Part shown: positions 1 to 11,220 of the stretch, piece after piece
Layout of the letters: each line of letters begins with the position of its first letter
Numbering within the stretch: position 1 is the first letter of the stretch
Assembly: GCF_006345805.1 (NCBI RefSeq)
Contig: NW_021834126.1
Coordinates: 1 to 26,744, forward strand
Length of the DNA: 26,744 nucleotides
Source: Octopus sinensis
Lineage: Eukaryota
Direction of reading: 5' to 3'
Translations under genes and position numbers: made by a program
The notes under the pieces: generated by a model
Told to the model about the DNA's origin: nothing
The model's database searches: none
What the model saw: the letters and a program-made list of their open reading frames with translations, nothing else

Positions 1-99
1 ATGTAATTGTCAGAGATAGAAATATTCTACATATATGGTCTGTATACTCACCATACAGTTGTGAAATTGTACACAAAGAAACATTTTAAAACCATAATC

Positions 100-1086
100 T
101 TTTTATATGTGTTACCCATCAATAAACCAATGTAATGACAGATTCATATGTATGTATGTATATATGGAACTATGTATGCATGTATATATATATATTGCAT
201 ATATATATGCATACATATATATACATGCATACAAATATATACATACATACATAGATACATATATATATGTATGTATGCATATATATATGTGTGTATGCAT
301 ATACATGTATATATATATATATATGTATGTACATATATATATTACATATATATATATGTACATATATATATATATTATATATATATATATATATAATATA
401 TATATGTACATATATATATATATATGCGTGTGTGTGTGTGTGTATGCATATATGCATGTAATATATATATGTATGTATGCATGTAATATATATATGTATG
501 CATGTTTTTATATATACATGGTAAGTATGCATACATATATATATCTGTATATAGTATATATATATATATATATTATTGTATGCCTGCATGTATCATATTG
601 TATGCATATATATATTATATGCATGTGTATATATATAAATAGATATATGTATGTATGTGTACATATATATAAATATATATATATGTATACATATTTATAC
701 ATATATATACACGCAGATACATGTATAAAGGCGTATACACATATATATACGAAAACACTTAGATGTATAATTATAATCTTAATTACTATAATCATTATGA
801 ACCATTAATATATACATTATTATTATTAAAATATATCTGTACTTATGTGTATGTTATAGCATATCTGTGTTCAAAATTCGTAATATACTTATATAAACAC
901 CCCCCACCACACACATATATATATATATATATATGTATATACATATATATATATGTATATATATATATACATATATATGTATGTATATACAAACATATAT
1001 ATGTATATATATATACATATATTTACATATATATGCATATATATACTTATATATGTATATATACATATACGGACATATATATCTAT

Positions 1087-1122
<36 letters not shown>

Positions 1123-1489
1123 TATATATATATATACATACATATATAAGTATATATATACATATATACATGCATATATATGTATATACATACATTTATA
1201 TATATGAACATAAATAAAAGTGTGTGCGTGTGTACTCATACAAGTGTGTGTGTGTTTGTGTACACTTACACACATTATATACATGTGCATCACCTCTCTC
1301 TCTCTCTCTCTCTCTTTCACGCCCTTTCTCGCTCCCTTTTCCTCTGTGTGTGTGTGTCTCTCCCTCTGACACGCTCTCTGTCTCTCCTCTCTCTTCTCTC
1401 TTCGGTTTTTCCATCCATTATATATATATATATATATATTAAATAAATGTATATATATATGGCATGTGTATATATGTGCACATATGTGT

Positions 1490-1536
<47 letters not shown>

Positions 1537-2381
1537 ATACATACACATATATATACATACACACACACATATATCTATATGTATGTATATATCGAGGTTG
1601 TTAGATAGATCGATAGGTAGATATAATAACATGTATCTGCGAATCTATGTATTAAGTTCATGATTCAATGCTTAAAATCATTGACAACCAATATTTGACA
1701 CACATATATGTATTATATTGATACTATATATCCATAATATAATATATTATATTACATTATATCATATCATAGTATATTACATTATATTATATTATATTTT
1801 ATCATATTATAGTTCTGCGTCTATTTTCCATATCCTTCTTTATGTAATACCAGAAAATCTGAATACAGATATATGCTAAGTTAGCGCAAATACTAACATA
1901 TACACGCGTCTAATGATAACATGCCTGGTATATATATATATATATGGCACATCCATTGTATATGACTGCTTAGAATATTCAATTTCTGTATATTGTGTTT
2001 ATCAGTCATGCGGATAACTCCTATGTATTCGTCAATTTGTCCATCTGTCATTCACTGTGTATGTGTGAGTGTATATTTATATATATTTATACATATATAT
2101 ATGCTGTCCATATGTCACTGTGCTTCTAATATGTCATTCTACCCGTTTTGTTTAACCGTTTGTTATTTCCGCGGTTATTCAATATGTTTAGCTATTTACT
2201 TTTCTATCTGTCATTGTACATCTACCTGCCTGTATACATTCTGTCTACCTGCCTGTATACATCTTGATTTATATCTCTGTTTCTTTCTGTATCTTCATTG
2301 CTTCGTGTATTTTTTCTGTATTCCTGGATTTGTATGTGAATATAGACTAAGCAGACAGTTACTCTTTACACACACATGTAT

Positions 2382-2442
<61 letters not shown>

Positions 2443-2467
2443 TATATTATTATATATATATCTATAC

Positions 2468-2511
<44 letters not shown>

Positions 2512-2785
2512 TAATATATATAATATATATACATACATATATATATACATATATATTATATAATATAAATGCATATATATATGCATACATATATATATAT
2601 GCATATATATATATATGCATATATATATATATATATGCATATATCTATATATGCATATATATATATATATATGCATATAAATATATGCATATATATATAT
2701 TCATATATATATATATATAAGGCTATATATATGTATATATGTAAATAGGTGTGGTGTGTATATATATATATATACACGATATACA

Positions 2786-2816
<31 letters not shown>

Positions 2817-2860
2817 CATATATATAATATAATATAGAGAGAGAGAGAGAGAGAGAGAGA
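100..2860. repeat. Compound (TA)n/(TATG)n/(CA)n/(CT)n/(GA)n microsatellite field
   Basis: Read directly: long TA, TATG and CA runs, a CT/TG patch at about 1290-1410 and (GA)n at about 2836-2860. The YIYI/CVCV ORFs here are translations of the repeats. Confidence 0.95.
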
Positions 2861-2866
2861 GGTGAA

Positions 2867-3089
2867 GGCACATGGTCTAGTGGTTAGAACAGCGGACTAA
2901 GCTCCACCCGGCTCCGGCAGAAGGTAATGGCGAACGTCTGCTGACTCTTTCGCCACAAGTTTCTCTCACTCTTTCCTCTTGCATCTTGCAGTTCACCTGC
3001 GACGGACCGGCGCCCCGTCCAGGCGGGGAACCTATACGCTAAGGAAACCGGGAAACCGGCCCTTATGAGTCAGGCGTGGATCAAGAAGG
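2867..3089 (+). mobile_element. tRNA-derived SINE, head type H1 (B-box region deleted) plus tail type T2
   Basis: A-box-like GGTCTAGTGGTTAGAAC is followed by CGGACT joined directly to AAGCTCCAC at 2898/2899; the copies at 5436 and 18547 carry the B-box segment here. The 3' part CCTGCGACGGACCGGCGCCCCGTCCAG...GAAACCGGGAAACCGGC matches the 3' part of the 6633-6896 copy. Confidence 0.8.
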
Positions 3090-3090
3090 T

Positions 3091-3342
3091 ACTCCGTCGG
3101 TTAGGACAGCGAAAGTTCCAGTTCATCGGATTAACAGAAGAACCTACTCATGAAATTCACACGCATACCCTTAATATAGTTCTCAGGGAGATTCAGTGTG
3201 ACACAGAATGTTGACAAGGCTGACCCTTTGAAATGCAGGTTCAACTCATTTTTGCTAGCTGAGTGAACTAGAGCAACTTGAAATAAAGCGTTTTGCTGAA
3301 GGGCTGTATGCGCCGCTGTGAATCGAACTCACAACCTCACGA
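3091..3342 (-). mobile_element. tRNA-derived SINE, 5'-truncated head H2 plus tail T1
   Basis: Minus strand reads GAGGTTGTGAGTTCGATTC...GCAAAACGCTTTATTTCAAGTTGCTCTAGTTCACTCAGCT (as in the 10354 copy), then GCCTTGTCAACATTCTGTGTCACACTGAATCTCCC...AACCGACGGAGT (as in the 5436 copy). Confidence 0.85.
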
Positions 3343-3345
3343 GGC

Positions 3346-3620
3346 AGAGAATAGAACGGAACATGTCCATAATGTGGAATTGTATCCAGTATTGTGGTGA
3401 AGCACTGCATGATAAAGGTTCGCTACCATACAGAGCAGGGATGCAGCAAGGTCGGTTGATATGTAGTGATAGGGTATATTTGAGCCTCTCCTGAGGGTTA
3501 AGCGTCCTTGATCAGAGATTTTAATGGTAGCGAATTCAAGTCTCAATCTTTTGGTCACGATCACTCTGCTTGACAGGAGTTCTGGGTTCAACTGATTCTG
3601 GCTGACAGTCGTTCGTACTG
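3346..3620 (-). mobile_element. Decayed fragment of a probable RTE-clade LINE ORF (region just C-terminal to the RT core)
   Basis: Frameshifted minus-strand translation gives DQKIET*IR...LYGSE...QFH...FRSIL, resembling the RTE-type pattern D.EI..RI...LLYG.ETW...FH.RCLR.IL. Recognised by eye only. Confidence 0.45.
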
Positions 3621-3821
3621 GACCCTGTCCAGGTTTAAGGATCGCATACTATAAATAAATAATCACACCGCCTCATGGATTCGAACCTATAACTGGAGAT
3701 GAATATGCATGGTAAAGTCGACAGATAATTCAGTTTGGTGTTCGGGGAACCGCTCGCCCAATGAGCTTTACTCTCTAATTTCCCTTTGCATTTCTTTACT
3801 CAGTGGTAATAGGAAGGACAT

Positions 3822-4293
3822 AAAACGTGTGATTCGATCTCTGTCAGTCTTGATTCGTCTCTCTTTGAACCAAAGATCTTCAAGGCTTGAGTTTTCGTTT
3901 TTTCTATTCAGGTGTAAAATATTTCAGTTACTCTGATCTAAAAGGTCCTTTCTGCATGTTTAGCCACGATGACAGCAGTAAAGTTGAAAGGGAGATTAGG
4001 GTGTCCGTAAATTCAGGATCTCTATAAATCATTGCCTGGTTTGTGTCCTGAAGACGTCGTTTGGGCGCCACTGTGCAAAACGTGTGATTCGATCTCTGTC
4101 AGTTCTGATTCGTCAAAGCTTGAGATTTCTTTTCTTCTATTTAAGTGAAAAATATTTAAGTTTCCCTGGTCAAATAGGTCCATTCTGCATTTTTAGCCCC
4201 GAAGGGAGTTTCGAGTGTCTAAAGCTAGGATCGCTATAAACCATTGCCTGGCTTGTATCTGAAGGGATCCTCTCAGCGCCACTTTACAAAACG
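3822..4293. repeat. Diverged tandem duplication of about 255 bp (two units), unclassified
   Basis: AAAACGTGTGATTCGATCTCTGTCAGT occurs at 3822 and 4077. Downstream blocks align (AAATATTT.AGTT, GGTCC.TTCTGCAT, GGATC.CTATAAA.CATTGCCTGG, GCGCCACT...CAAAACG), with deletions in unit 2. Confidence 0.85.
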
Positions 4294-4754
4294 GCGACTG
4301 CGACATATCCAGAGTTAGATTATGCAATCACGGTAGGTGTTATTGTTAACATTCTGATTAACTTGTGATATATACTCCATTGCATCTCTATAGATTTAGC
4401 TGTTATGTCTAGTATGTCGTGCAACCTCATTGAAGTTCCTTCATTTGCAGTTCAGCATGTAATTCGATCTAGTAGAGTTTTGGAGGTAAAATTTTCTCGG
4501 CGGGCTCATTACGCCATTTTGATTTGAAATAGTCACTGTATAATGTGAGACCGGGAATACCGTTCTCCGATAGGACCATCGATTTTTAAGAGAGTTCAAT
4601 ATGTTATGAAGACTTGGCTGCTATATTTAGCACACCGGATGACTTATGCAGAGAGACACTTCTTGGCTTCTAGATGAGAAGTTATACAAAACAGCAGAAG
4701 AATCTATAAATTTATGTGTGTACGGTTTTAGATTATGTATGCACAGATGTAAGA

Positions 4755-5089
4755 TATATACACACGCACACACACACACTCACACACACACACACACACA
4801 CATACACACAAACACTGACTCACACACACACACACAGATATATGCAATGGAGCAGAGAATGGCCTATTGAAGCAATGCCAAAGCATATAAACATGTACAG
4901 GTTATGGATACATCAACTGTGAAACTTTATAACCAATGTTCTTTCAACCGGAACAAAATTGATGCAAGAGGGCGTACCACTTGGAACTCACACACACACA
5001 CGAGCACACACACACACACGAGCAGACACACACACTTGCATCACAAATATTCACACACACACATATATATATATACCTGTATATAATAT

Positions 5090-5136
<47 letters not shown>

Positions 5137-5260
5137 TAAGTACTCAAATAGTTCTACATTAACAGTCATACATACGTGTGTATGCGTGTGTAGGTTACGT
5201 AGAATATATATAGACACACACGCACAGAGACTTATATACTTTTCCTAGAGAAATTTATGT
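4755..5260. repeat. (CA)n/(TA)n microsatellite patches
   Basis: CA runs at about 4760-4835 and 4988-5060; TA run at about 5060-5130. Confidence 0.9.
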
Positions 5261-5435
5261 ATATATGTGTGTGTGTGTTATTTATATAGATGTGAGGGCA
5301 TATTTATGGGAGAGTGAATGTGTGTATGTGTGTCTGTATATATACATAAAAGTCCGTTATTGGTAATACATCGACAGGGCTTCATGATCTTACTGTAAAA
5401 CTTATAACATGCTTTACTGTTATATGCTACATATA

Positions 5436-5811
5436 GACGTGTAATGTCCCAGTGGTTAAGGCAGCGGACTCGCGGTCATAGGATCGCAGTTTCGATTCCC
5501 AGACCGGGCGTTATAAGTGTTTATTGAGCGAAAACACTTAAAGCTCCACGAGGCCCGGCAGCGGTTGGTGGCGAACCCTGCTGTACTCGTTCGCCACAAC
5601 TTTCTCTCACTCGTTCATCCTGTTTCTTTTGTACCTGTATTTCGAAGGGGCCAGCCTTGTCACACTCTGTGTCACGCTGAATCTCCCCGAGAACTACGTT
5701 AAGGGTACACGTGTCTGTGGAGTGCTCAGCCATTGCACGTTAATTTCACGAGCAGGCTGTTCCTTTGATCGGATCAAGTAGAACGCTCGTCGTCGTAACC
5801 GACGGAGTGCC
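5436..5811 (+). mobile_element. tRNA-derived SINE, head H1 plus tail T1, near full length
   Basis: A-box-like TCCCAGTGGTTAAGG, B-box-like GTTTCGATTCC (5489-5499), body TTATTGAGCGAAAACAC.TAAAGCTCCACG shared with 18547, tail shared with the 3091-3342 copy. Confidence 0.85.
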
Positions 5812-5943
5812 TTAACGAAATATAGGCACATTTAGAAGAGAAGATTAAGAAATTCACATCGCATGTATTTGCCTTCAGGTTCGATCCAGTTGCGTACGAG
5901 AATTGCAAAACTAATATATATATATATATATATAATCTTTAAT

Positions 5944-6097
5944 GCAGCTGTGTGATAGAGGCCTGCTTGTCAACAACAGTGTTCCGGGTTCAGTCTCACT
6001 GCGTGGGACCTTCGGCAAGTGACTTCTACTGTAGCCTCGGGCCGACAAAGCCTTGTGAGTGGATTTAGTAGACGGAAACTGAAAGAAGCCCGTCGTA

Positions 6098-6142
<45 letters not shown>

Positions 6143-6396
6143 TATATATATATAATATATATGTATGGTTGTGTATATGTTTGTGTGTCCGGATTTGTCC
6201 CCGCCCCCAACATCGCATGACAACCGATGCTGGTAAGTTTACGTCCCCGTAACTTAGCTGTTCGGCAAAAGAGACTGGTAGAATAAGTACTAGACTTACA
6301 AAGAATAAGTCTTGGGGTCGATTTGTTCGACTAAAGCCGGTGCTCCAGCATGGCCACAGTCAAATGAATGAAACAAGTAAAAGAGTAAAAGAATAA
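5944..6396 (+). mobile_element. tRNA/CORE-type SINE with an internal (TA)n tract (resembles octopus OR-type SINEs as recalled)
   Basis: Colinear with the copies at 8461, 17487 and 25905: GTTCCGGGTTCAGTC, CORE-like ACCTT.GGCAAGTG.CTTCTACT, GTGGATTT.GTAGACGGAAACTGAAAGAAGCCCGTCG, and 3' end CAGCATGGCCACAGTCAAATGA.TGAAACAAGTAAAAGA. Confidence 0.9.
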
Positions 6397-6440
6397 GGGA
6401 TACCTTACACTTTCGTCATCAGACATTTCAGTGATTTGAT

Positions 6441-7400
6441 TGGTGCATTGTCTGAAAGAAGCAAAGTACTTCGAAGCAACTCCATGTTATTCATGTCTTT
6501 TTAGTTGAACTCCATATTAGGAGCATATTAAAACTTACGTAACCTTGGATTTTTTTGAAGTGTTACACGAATAGGGACTATATTCTCATATCACCTTCAG
6601 TATTTTTTCTCAGAAGTGATAGACGACTATTAAAATAAATAAAAATATATGCGTCCTTTTAAAGCCTAGCCAGGCTAATTGGCCCGGTTTCCCGGTTTCA
6701 ATGGCACAAGTGTTCCCCAGCTGGACGGGACGGGACGCCAGTCCATCGCAGCGTTACTCACTTTTGCCAGCTGAGTGGACTGGAGCAACGTGAAATGAAG
6801 TGTTTTGCTCAAGAACACAACGCGTCGCCCGGTCCAGGAATCGAAACCACAATCTTACGATCAAGATGCTAATACCCTAACCACTAAGCCACCGCGTAGA
6901 CGACTATTAGAAGCTTTAAATTATGACGTTGCTTCTTTTTTGATCTTGATAAATAAGTTCTAGGTAGTATGACTTACAAGTTGAGCGGTTTCTTCAACAT
7001 TGTACACTTGCCTTTTTGTAGGCTCAGCAAGAATACTTTCTTTAGCTGCTCAGGATCATAAGAAGTAGACACTACATCATCATCAGATTCACCACTTATT
7101 TTTATGTTGTGCAAATTCAAACAATTTTTAAAGTTTTCAAGCCAGCCTTTACTCGCCGGAAATGGTTTTCGTAAAAGGTTTCACTTTCATTTTTCTTCAA
7201 ATTTATACACACACTTTCTTTTTTCCTGTTTTTTTCTTTAATTATTATAATACTTATCTGCAAAATGCCTGAAATCTGATCTTTGATCCATACACCCAAA
7301 AGCCATTCCAATTTGGGCGTCACATTAGAGCTATGATAAAAATTTGAAACCGAGCAGTTATTCGAATAACATGTGGAGAACTTGACATAATTTTCTCTCA
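6441..7400 (-). pseudogene. Tigger/pogo-family (CENP-B-like DDE) transposase remnant with stops, frameshifts and deletions
   Basis: Minus-strand motifs in the expected order: LEWLLGVWIKDQ (7276-7311, HTH), PASKGWLENFK (about 7127-7159), QVYNVEET (about 6988-7010, cf. VFNADET), FKASNSRL|SLLRKNTEGD across the SINE insertion, and LLLSDNAP (6441-6464). Confidence 0.8.
6633..6896 (-). mobile_element. Full-length tRNA-derived SINE, head H2 plus tail T2, with a 13-bp target-site duplication
   Basis: Minus strand has GTGGCTTAGTGGTTAGGG (A-box), GGTTTCGATTCC (B-box), TTGTGTTCTTGAGCAAAACACTT, then GCGATGGACTGGCGTCCCGTCC...GAAACCGGGAAACCGGG. It is flanked by TAGACGACTATTA at 6620-6632 and 6897-6909. 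Confidence 0.92.
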
Positions 7401-7518
7401 ATTGTCACTTGTTATTCTATCCGTAAACGTTACAAGTTCACGTGTTGACAATGTGGGTTATTGTCGCTCTTGCAGGAAGCCTGCTTTAAAACATCAAGTT
7501 TCATGTTCAGTGTTTGAA

Positions 7519-7847
7519 GTGCATGCCTCAGTGGTTAGAGTTACGAGCTCACAATCATCAGGTAGGGATTTCTAATCCCGGACCGGACTGTATATCGTGT
7601 TCTTGAGCAAGACACTTTATTTCACATTGCACGATTTCTCTCATATATAGAAATGAGTTGCGACGTCTCCGGTGCCAAGCTGTATCGGCCCCTTTGCTTT
7701 TCTTCATCAGTGGCGTGGAGAGGGGAGACTGGTATGTATGGGCAACTGCTGGTCTTCCATTAAAAACAAGGCCCAGACATGTGCTGCGGAGGGAAACATT
7801 CTGGGTGCAATCCGATGGTCATTCATGACCGTAGGGGGTCTTTACCC
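7519..7847 (+). mobile_element. tRNA-derived SINE, head H2 plus tail T4
   Basis: GCCTCAGTGGTTAGAG...GTGTTCTTGAGCAAGACACTTTATTTCAC...GAGTTGCGACGTC...CCAAGCTGTATCGGCCCCTTTGC...GGTCATTCATGACCG, colinear with 10354-10665. Confidence 0.85.
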
Positions 7848-8179
7848 ATGTTCAGTACAATCCTTCAACGGATCAATTCCGCTGTACAGCCTTCAGTTCC
7901 ATTTCATAGCTTCTTTCAAGCCATTTTGCAAACAAGGTAAGCTCAAGTGCAGAGGTGACCAGCAATTATCCTCAAAAGATATGTGGTAAAGGAATGTTTT
8001 GTGAAAGCAAAATATGGCGTCTCATTCCAGGGGAAGTAAGAAATGGAAATGGAAATGAAATGAAGGAATGAAGCTGGTGGAAGAACTGCATGGGTAGAGT
8101 TTGTTGAAGCGTCGCCATGTTTCTGGTCACTCGCACTTCCATCATGAGCCATTAAAAACACCACATTCAACTTTCTCTC

Positions 8180-8235
8180 CTATACACATACACACATACA
8201 CGCGCATACATACATACATACATACGTGCGGGCAC

Positions 8236-8281
<46 letters not shown>

Positions 8282-8413
8282 TAGTACCGATACTACAACA
8301 TACTGTATCCACCTTATATGGGTATACATTCGTATATATGTGAATGTGTATGTACTGTGTAAAGGCAAATTCATGTAATTATATATATATATATATGTCT
8401 CTCTATATAGGCC

Positions 8414-8461
<48 letters not shown>

Positions 8462-8865
8462 TCTTTTACTCTTTTATTTGTTTCAGTCATTTGACTGCGG
8501 CCATGCTGGAGCACCGCCTTTTAATCGAGCAACTCGACCCCGGGTCTTATTCTTTTGTAAGCCCAGTACTTATTCTATCGGTCTCTTTTGCCGAACCGCT
8601 AAGTAACGGGGACATAAACACACCAGCATCGGTTGTCAAGCAATGCTAGGGGGACAAACACACTCACACAAACACACACACGCATATATATATATACATA
8701 TATACGACGGGCTTCTTTCAGTTTCCGTCTACCAAATCCACTCACAAGGCTTTGGTCGGCCCGAGGCTATAGTAGAAGACACTGGCTCAAGGTGTCACGC
8801 AGTGGGACTGAACCCGGATCCATGTGGCTGGTAAACAAGCTACTTACCACACACCCACTCCTGCG

Positions 8866-8951
<86 letters not shown>

Positions 8952-9143
8952 CTATATATGTCTGTATATGTATCCTATGACAGATACCTCTTATGTGTTT
9001 AAATGTACACTATTTATATGAAGAATATATATTGACTAATTTTTCTACACGCTAGGCTGCTGGTAGTGAAAATTTGTAAACTTTTTATTACCCTGATATT
9101 ATTGATAGGTCTCTCTCTCTCTCTATAGGTGTGTATGTGTGTC

Positions 9144-9192
<49 letters not shown>

Positions 9193-9280
9193 AATATCTA
9201 TATATGAGAGAGAGATTTACATTGATGTATATCTATATAGATCTATTTGTCTGGCTGTCTGGCTGTCTATCTATACATAT

Positions 9281-9322
<42 letters not shown>

Positions 9323-9426
9323 TACACATACATATATACATGTACATGTATATATATATGTATATTATATGTATGTATATATATATATGTAATATATATG
9401 TATATATATATATAATATATATATAC

Positions 9427-9465
<39 letters not shown>

Positions 9466-9563
9466 CATATATATATACATATACATGTATATATGTATGT
9501 GTATATATGTATATATATGTATATGTTTATATATATATGTATATATGTATATATATATATATG

Positions 9564-9606
<43 letters not shown>

Positions 9607-9854
9607 TGTATATGTATATATATATATGTATATGTATATATATATATATGTATATGTATATGTATATATATATATGTATATGTATGTATATATTTATATA
9701 TATATATACATAAACAGATGTAGGGTCAACGACGAAGTGCATTTGTTTGACGCTCGGGAAAAAATGGAAAACCTTTATAACCTTGAAAGCCTATTCTCTT
9801 CGACAGGAAGGAATGAGAGGAAATGAATAGAGAATGAAAGAAACGTGTTGAGTT

Positions 9855-9885
<31 letters not shown>
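8180..9885. repeat. (TA)n/(TG)n/(TATG)n microsatellite field hosting a SINE
   Basis: Near-continuous TA/TATG array at about 9130-9715, (TG)n at 8900-8942, (CA)n at about 8238-8270 and 9855-9882. Confidence 0.9.
8461..8868 (-). mobile_element. Full-length tRNA/CORE-type SINE (same family as 5944)
   Basis: Reverse complement begins AGGCGCAGGAGTGGGTGTGTGGTAAGTAGCTTG and ends GTCAAATGACTGAAACAAATAAAAGAGTAAAAGAA; (TA)n lies on both sides. Confidence 0.92.
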
Positions 9886-9887
<2 letters not shown>

Positions 9888-10122
9888 CGGTGTTTGTTAT
9901 CTCACCATCGCTTCACAACCGAAGTTGGTGTGTTTTCGTCCCCGTAACTTAATGGTTCGGCAAAGACACCGAACAAATAGTGTCTAGGCTTACAAAGATT
10001 AAGTCCTAGTTGGGGGAGGGAAGTCGATTTCTTCGACTAAAACCTTTTAAGGCGATGCTCTAGCATGGCCACAGTCAAAATGATTGAAACAAGTGAAAGA
10101 ATAAAAAAAAAGAATAAAAGAA
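9888..10122 (+). mobile_element. 3' half of the tRNA/CORE-type SINE
   Basis: CATCGCTT.ACAACCGA...CGTCCCCGTAACTTA...GGTTCGGCAAAGA...GCATGGCCACAGTCAAAATGATTGAAACAAGTGAAAGAATAAAA. Confidence 0.85.
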
Positions 10123-10353
10123 TATATACATACACACATTATGGAATATATCCTTCTTCACAAGGACAGAAGGGACATTTTTCTCTTCCTGTAGAGTTTG
10201 GCTGCTATTTCTAACGCGCTAAAGGGTCCTACTGAAGTTCCTTTATCAAGTTTGTGTGATTATGTGTGATATCTTCGTTGCTTGTTACACAAAACACTGT
10301 GTGCAAGCGTGTGTGGGTGTACCTGTGTGTGTTACAGTATAGACACTAATGTA

Positions 10354-10665
10354 AGGCATGGCTCAGTGGTTAGAGCGACGAGCTTACGACCGTGAGGTTG
10401 TGAGTTCGATTTCCGAACCGGGCTGCGTGTTGTGTTCTTTAGCAAGACACTTTATTTCACGTTGCTCCAGTTCACTCAGCTGTAGAAATGAGTTGTGACA
10501 TCACTGGTACCAAGCTCTATCGGCCCCTTTGCCTTTCCCTTGGATAACACTTGTAGCTTGTATGCATGGGCGACCGCTGGTCTTCGATAAACAACCTTGC
10601 CCGGACTTGTGCCTCGGATTCTAGATGCAATCCTATGGTCATTCATGACCGGAGGGGTTCTCCTC
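10354..10665 (+). mobile_element. tRNA-derived SINE, head H2 plus tail T4
   Basis: GGCATGGCTCAGTGGTTAGAGCG (A-box), GAGTTCGATTTCC (B-box, about 10402-10414), TGTGTTCTTTAGCAAGACACTTTATTTCACGTTGCTCCAGTTCACTCAGCTG; tail matches 7519-7847. Confidence 0.88.
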
Positions 10666-10773
10666 AATTTAGCCCTCGGTCTACCCTGACTGACCCCAGA
10701 GACAGTCCATCCATGACTATCACATGTATATTTGGAGAGTGCATTTTAAGATGTATCATTCAATTTTCGAGAC

Positions 10774-11186
10774 CAGTGGTTGTCAACAGGGGTTCATAAA
10801 GGACCTGAGGGTCCCAATAAGATTTTTGGGGTCCACGTATCAAAATAGTAATTTGGAGATCCATAATAGCATTTTAAGGGCTCCTGAAAAATTTGTGCTT
10901 TAAATGTATGTATTGGTATTTATTGCAAGAAACCTCTTGATTTCTGTCATTAGAATAGTTCAACCTACACAAGTTAATGAGTGAAAAACAGATTAGGAAT
11001 TTCGAAAGAAGCATCTATAAAATTAGTTTTATACATCAAATGCACATGGGGGTCCACCGGAATACGATAATAATCAAAGGGGCCCACGTAACAAAATGCT
11101 AAATCTGGGATCCAAAAAAGTATTTTAAGGAGCCCTGAAAAGTTTTCGCATTAGATTTAATTTATGGGTATGCATTGCAAGAAACT
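10774..11186 (+). mobile_element. Non-autonomous DNA-transposon-like element (hAT-like left end) with an internal 251-bp-period duplication
   Basis: Starts CAGTGGTTGTCAAC, similar to the CAGTGGTTCTCAA termini of hAT/Charlie-type MITEs. The block GGGGTCCACGTA.CAAAAT...ATTTTAAGG...CCTGAAAA...ATTGCAAGAAAC occurs at 10828-10933 and 11079-11185. No right TIR was seen. Confidence 0.5.
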
Positions 11187-11220
11187 GTGGAGGTGCGTGC
11201 TTGGTGGTTAGGGTGTCAGC

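Noticed and set aside
107-2873. Long overlapping ORFs (up to 247 aa) rich in Y/I/M/C/V/H/T
   Set aside because: They are translations of TA/TG/CA microsatellites that lack stops in several frames on both strands. The same applies to the ORFs at 4.6-5.2, 8.2-9.8 and 12.7-14.9 kb.
3665-3700. GGTTCGAATCC B-box on minus as a tRNA gene; also the SINE heads as tRNA genes
   Set aside because: There is no A-box or cloverleaf at the right spacing, and the SINE heads run into repeat bodies and cannot be folded into full tRNAs.
4058-4070. TGGCGCCCAAACG on minus as an LTR-retrotransposon primer-binding site
   Set aside because: The match to a tRNA 3' end is short, no TG...CA LTR boundaries or polypurine tract were identified, and the motif lies inside a tandem unit.
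4048-4090. CTGAAGA...CAAAAC at the tandem-unit junction as a retrozyme hammerhead
   Set aside because: G12 is absent (AAAAC), there is no clean stem II, and the second unit has CTGAAGG.
6411-6422. CTGATGA-C-GAAA on minus, hammerhead-like
   Set aside because: There is no room for stem II and no stem I or III, and it lies at the edge of the Tigger remnant; probably chance.
7880-8170. Unique segment with a CAAG|GTAAGC donor-like site at about 7937 and a 75-aa minus-strand ORF
   Set aside because: No coherent acceptor and reading frame with recognisable similarity; a single donor-like motif is expected by chance.
9716-9826. Unique island reading [31 protein letters not shown], a possible exon
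   Set aside because: No convincing polypyrimidine acceptor or GT donor, and no recognisable protein similarity.
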